The notes beneath the pieces were generated by a model. That model was not told the origin of the DNA, made no database searches, and saw only the letters and a program-made list of their open reading frames with translations. Below, piece after piece: positions 38,908-48,370 of a stretch of 64,000 nt of DNA; the stretch's first letter is position 1; the number at the start of each line of letters is the position of its first letter. The position numbers and the translations under genes are program-made. This DNA is from Candidatus Eiseniibacteriota bacterium (lineage in GTDB: Bacteria > Eisenbacteria > RBG-16-71-46). The stretch lies in NCBI GenBank assembly GCA_044223005.1, contig JBGAML010000012.1, positions 64,001-128,000 on the forward strand. Reading direction: 5' to 3'.

Positions 38908-39240
38908 TCAGCGACGGCGGATGGCGGCCGTGTTCGCGCGGCGCACGATCGCGGAGTTGGCACCGGCGCCGATCCACGTGCGCTCGAGCGCGGGCAGGGT
39001 GTACTGCGCGAGCCACTGCGAGGCGCCCAGCGTCACGAGCGCGCCGGCGCCGTCGATGTCGAAGCGGATCGGCAGCGTGACGGCGGACGTCGTGGGCGCG
39101 GTCGGGACGGTGGCGACGTGCGGCTGGGTGACGCCGGTGCCCGCCTGCCAATCCGGGTACGTCTGGGCGGAAGCAGGAGTCAGGCAGGCCAAGAGGGCGG
39201 TGCAGGCGACGGCGGCGACGAGCGCGAGAAGCTTCTTCAT
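38908..39240 (-). CDS. Small secreted hypothetical protein (110 aa)
   Basis: GGAGG RBS; MKKLLALVAAVACTALLACLTPASA signal peptide; GC-rich codon usage. Confidence 0.7.
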   Translation of the reverse strand: MKKLLALVAAVACTALLACLTPASAQTYPDWQAGTGVTQPHVATVPTAPTTSAVTLPIRFDIDGAGALVTLGASQWLAQYTLPALERTWIGAGANSAIVRRANTAAIRRR

Positions 39241-39301
39241 GGCGGCCTCCTCGGAGGATGGATTTGAGGTCTCGTGGTTGACGTGGCTGGACAACGTCAT
39301 G

Positions 39302-39316
39302 GCGAGACTCGTGCCG
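39302..39316 (-). promoter_or_regulatory. sigma54 -24/-12 promoter
   Basis: Minus strand CGGCACGAGTCTCGC (GG-N10-GC) about 60 nt upstream of the 39240 start; AT-rich tract and UAS-like sites further upstream. Confidence 0.6.
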
Positions 39317-39415
39317 TCCGCGGGGCCGCAGCGCATGAAACACGCAAGATGTTTTATGTCATCGCGTTATAGCTCTAGATCTGGCAGTGTTTTCGGTCGG
39401 TTCACGAGAGCGAAC

Positions 39416-39519
39416 TCGCCGAAATCGGCGAGTTGCGCCCGCGCGTTTCAAACAACTCTTTTGTTTTCATGCGGATACTCGACTATCGCTGCTTTCGGCG
39501 AGTTCGCCGATTTCTGCGA
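39416..39519. promoter_or_regulatory. Three TCGCCG-N4-CGGCGA sites (candidate enhancer/UAS)
   Basis: TCGCCGAAATCGGCGA 39416-39431; TCGCTGCTTTCGGCGA 39486-39501; TCGCCGATTTCTGCGA 39504-39519. Confidence 0.65.
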
Positions 39520-42500
39520 GCGTCCTCGAGTGTGTACTTGCGAAGTCGATAGCGCAGGGACTGTTCCGTCAATCCGAGATCGCGTGCCGCCTGCGACTGG
39601 TTCCCCTCGGCCCGCTGCAGCGCCTCCTGGACGAGGCGGCGTTCGATGTCTCCCATCACGTCGGCGAGCGAGCGTCCGTGCGTGATCCGCACCCGGGTGC
39701 GCTGCTCCTCGAGGTCGCCGGGCAGCGGCCGCGGGAGCAACGTGTCGCCCGGGGTCATGGCCATGATGCGCTCGATGTACGCCTGCAGCTCGCGCACATT
39801 GCCCGGCCAGTCGCTCTGCATGAGCGCGGCGATGAACTCCGGGCTCGGCTGTGGAACCGCGCGCTCCTGCTGCTTGGCGATCTGGGCGATGAAGTACTGC
39901 GCCATCTGCGGGATGTCCGACTTGCGGGCGCGCAGGGCGGGCATCTCGATCGGGATCACGTTGAGCCGGAAGTAGAGATCCTGGCGGAACGACCCGTCCT
40001 CGACACTGCGGCGCAGGTCGCAGTTGGTGGCTGCGATGACGCGCACGTCCACCGGAATCGGCTTGCCACCACCGACCGGCGTGACCTCGCGGTTCGCGAG
40101 CACCGACAGCAGCGCCACCTGCTGCTTGGGCGGCATCTCGCCGATCTCGTCCAGGAACAGCGTGCCGCCGTTCGCCTGCACGAACCGACCGTCGCGGCGG
40201 CGCACGCCCGTGGCCACGTCGTCGAGAATGCCGAAGAGCTCGCTTTCCAGCAGGCCCTCGGGAATCGCGCCGCAGTTGACCGCGACGAACGGGGCTTCGT
40301 GGCGGCGGCCGCTGTGATGCAGCGTCCTCGCCACGAGTTCCTTGCCCGTGCCGTTCTCGCCGGTGATGAGCACGGTCGCATTGGTCTGCGCCGCGCGCTC
40401 GACCACGGCCAGCACTCGCTGCATCGCGGTGCTCGTGCCGATGAAGTTGTGCGGCTGGAATCGCGCCCGTGCCTCGCGGCGCAGCTCGAGGTTCTCGCCG
40501 ACCAGCCGCTCGTTGGCGCGCACGACCTCCTGGTGCCCGAGACTGCGCTCGATCGCGACCGACATCAGGTGCGCGAAGCCCTCGAGCAGCCCGCGGTCGT
40601 CGGGCGTGAACGCGTCGGCCCGGCGCGAATCGTCCACGTAGACGGCCCCGACCACCTTGCCGTCGCGGAAGAACGGCACGCAGAGGATCGAGCGCAGGCC
40701 CAGGTCCACCATCGACTCGGACAGCAGGTCGGGATTCGTCGGCGCGTCGGTGATGAGCAGGCTGCCGCCGCTGCGATGCACGCGCTCGACGACGCGGTGG
40801 CTGTAGCTCGCCGCCTGGTCGCGCGTGGCGGCGTCGATCGCGCCGTGTTCGGTCATCGGCGTGTACTTGCCGGTCTTCGCGTCCTGCAGCAGCAGCACGC
40901 CGCGTTCGGCGTCGAGATGCTCGACGGCCATCTGCATCGAGCGCTTGGCGAGCGCCTGCACGTCCGACAGCGAATCGAGCAGGTGGCTCACGGACTTGAG
41001 CAGGTCGCGCTCGTGCGCCACCGTCGACGCGGGCAGGCGCGTGCGGTGCAGCCACTCCACCGTGAGCGCCAGGGCGCGCTCGCGCCCGCGATGGTCGCCC
41101 AGGCGCTCGAACGCTCCCGCCGCCTCCTCGAGCCACTCGGCCACCGGCGCATCCACGCCGGCCGGCGCCGCGAACGAGAGCTTGGCGAACTCCAGCGCGG
41201 CCTGCGCGCGATCCGCGACCGCGGGCAGCGCGTCGAGGGCCTGCAGCGCCGTGCGCGCGTTGTCGAGCCCGTCCTCCCAGCGGCCCTGGACCAGCGCGCG
41301 CTCCGCGAGCAGTTGCGTCACGTGCGCCGCGGCGTACGGCGTCGTCCGCTCCGAAAGCTCGGTCGTCGCCCGCGCGAGCCGCGCGTCTGCGACGCCGAAC
41401 TCGCGCTCGCGCAGCGCCGCTCGCCCCGAGATCGACGCCAGCACGATCGAGGCGATCGGATCTCCCATGCGTTCCTGCGCGAGCGCGTGCGCGGCGACTT
41501 CGCCCGCCTCCTTCCACCGGTTGGCCTGCGCGCACGCCTTGGCGAACTCCACGCGGCTCCAGTCCGCCTCCCACGGAATGCCCGCGCGCGTGGCCCGCGC
41601 GAGCGCCCGAGTCGCGGCACGCTCGGCCTCGCGCGTCCGCCCGGCGACGCGGTAGCCCGTGGCCAGCACGCGGCACGCGAACGGCACGTGGCGAGGTGCG
41701 TGCTCCCGCGTGAGGCGGAGTGCCGCGCGTGCCCGGCGCGTGGCACGCGTCGTGCGGCCGCTGAGCGCGTCGAGCAGCGCGAGGTTGCCGAGCAGCGAAG
41801 CCACGATGGGCGCGCGGCCGTCCTCGATCGAACTGCGGAGCGACCGCTCGAACATCTCCGCCGCCTCGCTCCATCGCCCGGCGTTGGTGAGAAGCACGGC
41901 GAGGTTGCTCCGCAGTTCCTCGGAGACCACCCGCAACCCCGCGCCTTCGGCCACGTCGAGTGCCTGCCGGAAGCGCTTCTCGGCCTCGGGCAGGTGCCCG
42001 CCGACGCCCGCGATCGAGGCGCGAAGTCCGAGCGCCCGGGTACGTCCCATGGTGATGCCCGCGCGGGCGAAGGCTTCCTCGGCGCGGATCGCGTGGTGTT
42101 CGGCGAGCGTGCGATCGCCCATCGTCATCACGACCACGCCGACGGAGAGCGTCGCGTAGCCGAGCGCCTCGTCGTCGCGGGCCTCGTGCGCGGAGGCGAC
42201 GGCCCGGTGCGCGAGGTCGAGCGCTTCGGCGCCGCGTCCGTGCGCCTGCAGTCGCGCCGACTCGTTGCATTCGAGCAGCGAGCGTTCGCGCGCGTCGGGG
42301 CCCTCGGCGAGCGCGCGCGCGAGCAGGGGTTCGAGCTCGGCGAGCCGCCCGACGCGGAGGTAGACGACCGACAGCCGCCGCATCCGCCGGAAGCGCTCCG
42401 GCGCTCCGGGCTCGCGCTCGAGCGAACGTTCGAGGAACGGCACGGCCTCCGCATGATGCCCGACCTCGATCAGCATCTCGCCCGCGCGTTCGAGCCACGC

Positions 42501-44564
42501 CGCGGCCCGCCCGGGCACGCTCGACTCGGCCAGCTCTGCTGCGGCCCGCGCGATCTCGACGCCGGAGCCCGCCGCCAGAGCGCGCTCGGCCTCGGCCAGT
42601 GCCTCGAGCGAGTCGCCGGCCTCGCGCAGGTGCGCGAAGCGCTCCGCCGGCGAGAGGTCCGGTTCGGCGAGCGCCTCGCGATGCCACGCGCGGCGCGCGT
42701 CGACGGCGAGGGTGGCGACGATCGCGGGCCCCAGCGCCGGCGGCGCGAGCGCGAAGCGGCCGTCCGCGTCGCGCGTCGAGAGTCCCGCGAGTTGCAGCCC
42801 GTGCAGGCCGGAGTCGAGCACCGGGCCACCGGGGGCGCGCAGTTCCGACGCATGCGCGGGTCGCGCCCGCACGGCGAGCGCCAGCGCGGCCCGGCGCGCG
42901 TCTTCCGCCTGCGCCTGCCAGCGCGCGACCAGCGACGCCTCGAACGCGGCCGGCGTCGCGAGCGTGGCGAGCGCCTCCGGGTTCACGTGCGGACCCTCGT
43001 CGGTCTCGGCGAGGGCGCCGCTCTCGGCGGCGATGCGCATCAGCTCGATCATCATGCCCGGGTGCCCCCCCGTGCGTGCCTGAAGGAACGACAGCAGTTC
43101 GCGCGGCGCGGGCGCGTGCAGCCGCGCCGCGGCGAGCGTCGTCCCCGCGTCCTCGTCGAGCGGCCCGAGTTCCAGCCGCCATGCGACTCCCGCCTCCACG
43201 ATGAGCTGGTCGTCCAGGTCGTCCTGTGTGCGACGTCCCGACCACACCCAGCGCACCGCGTCTCCCGCCGGATGGAACGCCGCCCGGCGCAGCAGGGCGC
43301 GCGAGAGCGGATCGAGCCGCTCACGGTCGTCGAGGATCACGAGCGGCGCTGCACTACTCCCGGCGAGTTGCCGGGCCCAGTCGACCGCCGCGTCCGCGAG
43401 CCGCGCCAGGTCGCTCTCGGTGAGCGGGCCGCCGGCGAAGGTCGCGAGCACGGGCCCGGTCACGTCCTCGTCGGCGCCCGACTCGGCGGCGAGCCGGCGC
43501 CAGAGCGAATGCGCGAGCGCGCCGGGCGCGGGGAACTCGGCGCACGAGAAGCGCATGACGCGCCGGCCCGCGAGCGAGGCGCGCACCGCGAGCTCGCCGA
43601 GCAGCGCCGACTTGCCGACGCCGGGATCGCCCTCCACGAGCAGGACGCTGCCGGCGGCACGCGTGGCCTCGAGCCAGCGGTCGATGCGCGCCAGCTCGCG
43701 TTCGCGGCCGACGACGCGCTCGGTGCGCAGCCGGCGCGCGAGCGAGCGCCGCGCCGCGGGCTCGATGCGCTCGAGCTCGGCGCGGACCTCGCGCGCGTCG
43801 CGCGGCCGCTCGGCCGGCGACGGCGCCATGAGCCGCAGCACGAGCCGCGCGAGCGCCGGTGGCGTGCCCGCGTCGTCGAGCGCCACGGCCGATGGCGGCG
43901 CGCCGGGCTTGCGCCCGGAGCTGCTCGACGAGCGCGTGGAGGGCGCGAACGACACGCGCCCCGCCGCGAGTGCGTAGAGCGTCGCGCCGAGGCCGAAGAG
44001 ATCGGAGGCGATCGTGGGCGCGTCGCCGCGCACGACCTCGGGCGCCGCGTAGCCGGGCGTGCCGCGATGGCCCTCGCGCTCGCGGTCGAGCAGTGCGGCG
44101 AGGCCGAAGTCGAGGATGCGCACGCCCGCCGGCAGCGCGTCGGCGTCCTCGCCGGGAACGACGAGCAGGTTGGACGGCTTGAGATCGCCGTGCAGCACGC
44201 CGGCGTCGTGCAGCGCCTCGAGCCCGTGCGCGACCTCGGCCGCGGCGAAGCAGAGCGCGCGCCAGTCGCCGCGGCGCAATCCGCGATCGGCCGAGACGCC
44301 GGGCACGTACTCCATCGTGTAGTACGCGGTGCCGTCGGGCGCGAAGCCCAGCTCGCGCACGCCGACCACGGCGGGATGGCGAACGCGCGCGAGCAGTTCG
44401 AACTCCGTGCGCAAGCCGCTCGTGGGATCGGCGACCACCTTCGGGTGCAGGCGCTTCAGCGCGCACTCCGTGCCGGTGGACAGGTCCAGCGCGAGGTGCA
44501 CCGTGCCCATGCCGCCCTGGCCGAGCAGGCGCAGCAGCGCGAACCGTCCCGCGAAGCGTTCCAT
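39483..44564 (-). CDS. Multidomain Ser/Thr kinase - AAA ATPase - TPR - GAF - sigma54 activator - HTH (1693 aa)
   Basis: LGQGGMGTV, HGDLKPSN, DFG, GTPGYAAPE; EGDPGVGKS; helical repeats; GAF LRSILCVP...YVDD; ITGENGTGKE, VNCGAIP, LESELFG, GGTLFLDEIG, FRQDLYFRLN, WPGNVREL; GNQSQAARDLG. Confidence 0.92.
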   Translation of the reverse strand: MERFAGRFALLRLLGQGGMGTVHLALDLSTGTECALKRLHPKVVADPTSGLRTEFELLARVRHPAVVGVRELGFAPDGTAYYTMEYVPGVSADRGLRRGDWRALCFAAAEVAHGLEALHDAGVLHGDLKPSNLLVVPGEDADALPAGVRILDFGLAALLDREREGHRGTPGYAAPEVVRGDAPTIASDLFGLGATLYALAAGRVSFAPSTRSSSSSGRKPGAPPSAVALDDAGTPPALARLVLRLMAPSPAERPRDAREVRAELERIEPAARRSLARRLRTERVVGRERELARIDRWLEATRAAGSVLLVEGDPGVGKSALLGELAVRASLAGRRVMRFSCAEFPAPGALAHSLWRRLAAESGADEDVTGPVLATFAGGPLTESDLARLADAAVDWARQLAGSSAAPLVILDDRERLDPLSRALLRRAAFHPAGDAVRWVWSGRRTQDDLDDQLIVEAGVAWRLELGPLDEDAGTTLAAARLHAPAPRELLSFLQARTGGHPGMMIELMRIAAESGALAETDEGPHVNPEALATLATPAAFEASLVARWQAQAEDARRAALALAVRARPAHASELRAPGGPVLDSGLHGLQLAGLSTRDADGRFALAPPALGPAIVATLAVDARRAWHREALAEPDLSPAERFAHLREAGDSLEALAEAERALAAGSGVEIARAAAELAESSVPGRAAAWLERAGEMLIEVGHHAEAVPFLERSLEREPGAPERFRRMRRLSVVYLRVGRLAELEPLLARALAEGPDARERSLLECNESARLQAHGRGAEALDLAHRAVASAHEARDDEALGYATLSVGVVVMTMGDRTLAEHHAIRAEEAFARAGITMGRTRALGLRASIAGVGGHLPEAEKRFRQALDVAEGAGLRVVSEELRSNLAVLLTNAGRWSEAAEMFERSLRSSIEDGRAPIVASLLGNLALLDALSGRTTRATRRARAALRLTREHAPRHVPFACRVLATGYRVAGRTREAERAATRALARATRAGIPWEADWSRVEFAKACAQANRWKEAGEVAAHALAQERMGDPIASIVLASISGRAALREREFGVADARLARATTELSERTTPYAAAHVTQLLAERALVQGRWEDGLDNARTALQALDALPAVADRAQAALEFAKLSFAAPAGVDAPVAEWLEEAAGAFERLGDHRGRERALALTVEWLHRTRLPASTVAHERDLLKSVSHLLDSLSDVQALAKRSMQMAVEHLDAERGVLLLQDAKTGKYTPMTEHGAIDAATRDQAASYSHRVVERVHRSGGSLLITDAPTNPDLLSESMVDLGLRSILCVPFFRDGKVVGAVYVDDSRRADAFTPDDRGLLEGFAHLMSVAIERSLGHQEVVRANERLVGENLELRREARARFQPHNFIGTSTAMQRVLAVVERAAQTNATVLITGENGTGKELVARTLHHSGRRHEAPFVAVNCGAIPEGLLESELFGILDDVATGVRRRDGRFVQANGGTLFLDEIGEMPPKQQVALLSVLANREVTPVGGGKPIPVDVRVIAATNCDLRRSVEDGSFRQDLYFRLNVIPIEMPALRARKSDIPQMAQYFIAQIAKQQERAVPQPSPEFIAALMQSDWPGNVRELQAYIERIMAMTPGDTLLPRPLPGDLEEQRTRVRITHGRSLADVMGDIERRLVQEALQRAEGNQSQAARDLGLTEQSLRYRLRKYTLEDARRNRRTRRKQR

Positions 44565-44608
44565 GGGCCCTCCCGCCGCACCCTTGCCGTCGCGACCGCC
44601 ACGGCGAT

Positions 44609-44739
44609 TCGCCGAAATCGGCGAATCACCAGCATGCGCCCGAACGCCGGAAAAGCCAAGCGCGCATCGCGTTGACCGATCGGAGTTGCCGATTCTGCGT
44701 CCCGGAAATCGACGCGAACGCGTTCGCGGAAATCGGCGA
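44609..44739. promoter_or_regulatory. Copies of the TCGCCG-N4-CGGCGA site upstream of the activator gene (candidate autoregulatory operator)
   Basis: TCGCCGAAATCGGCGA 44609-44624; TCGCGGAAATCGGCGA 44724-44739; weaker TCCCGGAAATCGACGC 44700-44715. Confidence 0.65.
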
Positions 44740-44761
44740 GCGAACAGAGTTGCCGGAAACG

Positions 44762-44799
44762 CGACGGGCCTTCCGCCGGATCCGGCGGAAGGCCCGTCG
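44762..44799. terminator. 38-bp perfect palindrome downstream of the 44815 gene
   Basis: CGACGGGCCTTCCGCCGGA|TCCGGCGGAAGGCCCGTCG. Confidence 0.6.
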
Positions 44800-44814
44800 T
44801 CAGCGTGCGCCCGG

Positions 44815-45270
44815 TCAGGCGGCGCGGGTCGTCGCGGTGAGCACGGCGTGCAGCCGCAGGCGGAGGTTCTGCGCCAGCCAGTCGAGCCGGTGCTGGAATC
44901 CGTCCTCGTTGCCGCCGGTCGTCCACCAGCGCTCGTGCCCGTCGAGCAGCCAGCCGAGCGCGATGCGGCCGCCAGCCTCGGGCAGGTCCTTGAGCGCAGT
45001 CACCGCCGGCAGCTCCTCGAGCGGCACGGCCTCGGCGCTCACGCCCACTTCGCCGGTCAGCCAGCCGCCACTGCGGCGGCGGATCGACACGTACACGAAG
45101 CGGCCGTCTTCACGCACCCAACGCACCCAGCCGAGGTTCACGTCGGCGTGCCAGAACGCGTCGAACTGGCGCGACTCGGGCACCCGCTGCCGCAGCACGT
45201 CACGCACGCGCGCGCCGAACGACGCGCGCGGCTTGCCGCCTTCCTTACGCTGATGAGGGAGCTGGTTCAC
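44815..45270 (-). CDS. Hypothetical protein (Trp-rich, ~151 aa)
   Basis: GC-rich codon usage and globular-looking sequence; GAGGA upstream of GTG; no recognised family. Confidence 0.6.
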   Translation of the reverse strand: MNQLPHQRKEGGKPRASFGARVRDVLRQRVPESRQFDAFWHADVNLGWVRWVREDGRFVYVSIRRRSGGWLTGEVGVSAEAVPLEELPAVTALKDLPEAGGRIALGWLLDGHERWWTTGGNEDGFQHRLDWLAQNLRLRLHAVLTATTRAA

Positions 45271-45777
45271 GCGGATTTCCGTCCTCTCGCAGATGGGCAG
45301 CGCACCACCCGGGTCTGGAATGGATGCAGGCCGAGATGGAGATGGTCGCGTGCGGGGGGAGAAGCTCGCGCGCCTGCGGGGATTAACGGCAGGTGGCCCC
45401 AGGCGACTGAAGTCCAATCGTTCTCTGGGAGAGCCGCCCGGGGCCGGCGATCGGCCGCAGTGAACCGGCCGCCTGCCCCTCGGGATTGCTGACGGCCGCG
45501 GCGTGCTCGTGCCACGGTGGCAGGTCCGGGGGCGGGCTCCCGAGAGGCAACGAAAACGCACGATCCGGTCAACTCCGCGCCCCGCAACCTGATCCCTGAC
45601 AGTCCCTTACGGGTGCGCGAACGGCCTTCGGTGGCTCGCTTCGTGCTCCTTGACCATGCAACGACTGCGCATCGTTCGGGGTGGGGTATCGTGCACCCGA
45701 CGGCACTTGCAGTGCCGCCCAGGTCGCGCGCGACCACGGCCGCTCCGGACCCGCCCGGTCCTTATCGGAGGCTGGCC

Positions 45778-47151
45778 ATGAACACGCACAAGACCCGGAC
45801 GCTCATCATGGGAGCGGCCGGACGCGACTTCCATAACTTCAACCTGTGGTGGAAGCACCGCGACGACGTCGAGGTCGTGTGCTTCACCGCGACCCAGATC
45901 CCCGACATCGACGGCCGCGTGTACCCGAACGTGCTCGCGGGTCCGAAGTACCCGAACGGGATCCCGATCCACTCCGAGACGCGGCTCGAGGAACTGATCC
46001 GCGAGTACGCGGTGGACCTCGTCACGTTCTCGTACTCCGACGTCTCCTACGCGTACGTGATGCGCCAGGCCGCGCGCGTGAACGCCGCCGGCGCGCAGTT
46101 CGTGCTGCTGGGCGCCGAGCAGACCATGGTGCGCAGCACCAAGCCGGTGATCGCGGTGGGCGCGGTGCGCACGGGCTGCGGCAAGAGCCAGACGTCGCGG
46201 CGCGTGACCGAGATCCTGAAGCACATGGGGCTCAAGGTCGCGGTGATCCGCCACCCGATGCCCTACGGCGATCTGTCGCAGCAGATCTGCCAGCGCTTCG
46301 CGAGCGTCGCGGACATGGACGCGCACAAGTGCACGATCGAGGAGCGCGAGGAGTACGAGCCGCACGTCGCGATGGGCAACCTGGTGTTCGCGGGCGTGGA
46401 CTACGAGCTGATCCTGCGCCGCGCCGAGACGGAAGCGGACGTGATCCTGTGGGACGGCGGCAACAACGACATGCCGTTCTACAAGCCCGACCTCAACATC
46501 GTCGTCGCCGACCCGCACCGCCCCGGCCACGAACTGTCGTACTACCCGGGCGAGACCAACGTGCGCATGGCCGACCTCGTGATCGTGAACAAGGTCGACA
46601 CCGCCGAGCCGGGCAACGTGGCGATCGTGGAAGCGAACGTGCGCTCGATCAATCCGCGCGCGACGATCCTGCGCGCCAACTCCCCCGTCACCGTGACGGA
46701 CCCGTCGCTGGTGAAGGGCAAGCGCGTACTGGTGATCGAGGACGGCCCCACGCTGACGCACGGCGAGATGAAGTACGGCGCCGGGCTCGTGGCCGCGATG
46801 AAGAACCAGGCCGCCGAGATCGTCGATCCGCGCCCCTACGCCCGCGGCTCGATCAAGGCCGTGTTCGAGAAGTACTCGCACCTGACGCAGGTGCTGCCCG
46901 CCATGGGCTACGGCGAGAAGCAGGTGGCCGAGCTCTCCGAGACGATCGCCGCGGTGCCGTGCGACACCGTGCTGGTCGCGACGCCGATCGACCTGCAGCA
47001 CGTGCTGAAGATCGACAAGCCCTCGACGCGCGTCACCTACGAACTCGACGAGCACGACAAGGACGTGCTGCCGAGGGCGATCGGTGCGGCCATCGAGCGC
47101 CGCCGCCGCGCGGGGCAGGACGCGCCCGAGGTGAGCCATGGCACCCGCTGA
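45778..47151 (+). CDS. arcE: Arginine synthetase ArcE family (usually annotated GTPase or cyclic 2,3-diphosphoglycerate synthase-like)
   Basis: IMGAAGRDFHNFN, FTATQIPDIDGRVYP, AVRTGCGKSQTSR, RHPMPYG, TIEEREEYEPH, WDGGNND, YYPGETN, EDGPTLTHG, LPAMGY; operonic with rocD and argF. Confidence 0.82.
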   Translation: MNTHKTRTLIMGAAGRDFHNFNLWWKHRDDVEVVCFTATQIPDIDGRVYPNVLAGPKYPNGIPIHSETRLEELIREYAVDLVTFSYSDVSYAYVMRQAARVNAAGAQFVLLGAEQTMVRSTKPVIAVGAVRTGCGKSQTSRRVTEILKHMGLKVAVIRHPMPYGDLSQQICQRFASVADMDAHKCTIEEREEYEPHVAMGNLVFAGVDYELILRRAETEADVILWDGGNNDMPFYKPDLNIVVADPHRPGHELSYYPGETNVRMADLVIVNKVDTAEPGNVAIVEANVRSINPRATILRANSPVTVTDPSLVKGKRVLVIEDGPTLTHGEMKYGAGLVAAMKNQAAEIVDPRPYARGSIKAVFEKYSHLTQVLPAMGYGEKQVAELSETIAAVPCDTVLVATPIDLQHVLKIDKPSTRVTYELDEHDKDVLPRAIGAAIERRRRAGQDAPEVSHGTR

Positions 47152-48364
47152 CGGCGTCACGCTGGCCGGCGAAACCGCGCGCCACGTCGCGAGGGTCGAC
47201 GCGCACAGCGCTCGCAACTACGCGCCGCTGCCCGTCGTGATCGCGCGCGGCAAGGGCGCGTGGGTCGAGGACGTGGACGGCCGGCGCTACCTCGACATGC
47301 TGAGCGCGTACTCGGCGCTCAACTTCGGTCACGGGCACGACGAGATCGTGAACGTGTTCGTCGAGCAGGCGCGCCGGCTCGCGCTCACCTCCCGTGCGTT
47401 CCACAACGACCAGTTCGGGCCGTTCGTGGAGGAGATCACGAAGCTCTGCGGCCAGGACATGGTGCTGCCCATGAACACCGGGGCCGAGGCCGTCGAGACG
47501 GCACTCAAGACGGCGCGCAAGTGGGGCGAGAAGGTGAAGGGCGTCCCCGCGGGCCAGGCCGAGATCCTGTGCTGCGAAGGCAACTTCCACGGGCGCACGA
47601 TCAGCATCGTCAGCTTCTCGGACGACGCGCAGTACCGCGACGGCTTCGGGCCGTTCACGCCCGGGTTCAAGCTCGTGCCCTACGGTGACCTCGCCGCGCT
47701 CGAGCGGGCGATCGGGCCGAACACGGTCGGCTTCCTGGTGGAACCGATCCAGGGCGAAGGCGGCATCGTCGTGCCGCCGGCCGGCTACCTGAAGGCCGCG
47801 AGCGAACTCTGCCGGAAGCATCGCGTGCTGTTCATGGCCGACGAGATCCAGACCGGCCTCGGGCGTACCGGCCGGCTGTTCGCGTGCGACCACGAAGGTG
47901 TGAAGCCGGACGTGCTGATCCTCGGCAAGGCGCTCGGTGGCGGCATGATGCCCGTCTCCGCGGTGCTCGCCTCGCGCGAGGTGATGGGCGTCTTCCAGCC
48001 CGGCGACCACGGCAGCACGTTCGGCGGCAATCCGCTGGCGTGCGCGGTGGCGCGCAAGGCGCTGCAGGTGCTCGTGCGCGACCAGCTCGCCGAGCGCGCG
48101 GACCAGGTCGGCGCGGCGTTCATGGAGAAGCTGCGCGCGCTGAACTCGCCGATCGTGAAGGAGGTCCGCGGCAAGGGCCTGCTGATCGGCATCGAGCTGG
48201 TGAAGGAAGCCGGTCCGGCCAAGGCCTACGCCAAGAAGCTCATGGCCGAAGGCGTGCTGTGCAAGGACACGGTCGAAAGCGTCCTGCGCATCGCGCCGCC
48301 GCTCGTGATCGAGACGAAGGATCTCGACTGGGCGCTGGAACGGATCGCGAAGGTGCTGCGCTGA
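47138..48364 (+). CDS. rocD: Ornithine--oxo-acid transaminase
   Basis: NYAPLPVV, YLDMLSAYSALNFGH, LTSRAF, MNTGAEAVETALK, NFHGRT, EPIQGEGG, DEIQTGLGRTG, LGKALGGG, HGSTFGGNP. Confidence 0.95.
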   Translation: MAPADGVTLAGETARHVARVDAHSARNYAPLPVVIARGKGAWVEDVDGRRYLDMLSAYSALNFGHGHDEIVNVFVEQARRLALTSRAFHNDQFGPFVEEITKLCGQDMVLPMNTGAEAVETALKTARKWGEKVKGVPAGQAEILCCEGNFHGRTISIVSFSDDAQYRDGFGPFTPGFKLVPYGDLAALERAIGPNTVGFLVEPIQGEGGIVVPPAGYLKAASELCRKHRVLFMADEIQTGLGRTGRLFACDHEGVKPDVLILGKALGGGMMPVSAVLASREVMGVFQPGDHGSTFGGNPLACAVARKALQVLVRDQLAERADQVGAAFMEKLRALNSPIVKEVRGKGLLIGIELVKEAGPAKAYAKKLMAEGVLCKDTVESVLRIAPPLVIETKDLDWALERIAKVLR

Positions 48365-48370
48365 TCATCG

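Noticed and set aside
39387..44675. 1762-aa plus-strand ORF
   Set aside because: Antisense shadow of the kinase-sigma54 activator; no recognisable domain
45300..45640. Possible riboswitch (CACCGAAGG on the minus strand, glycine-like) in the long divergent intergenic region
   Set aside because: Other conserved elements (GGAGA, CTCTCAGG) are not in the right arrangement; an Rfam scan would settle it
45655..45672. ARG-box-like sequence upstream of arcE
   Set aside because: Only one half-site (TGCA) fits; no tandem box
45778..47151. Annotation as cyclic 2,3-diphosphoglycerate synthase or GTPase
   Set aside because: GAAGRDFHNFN N-terminus and rocD/argF context fit the ArcE family better
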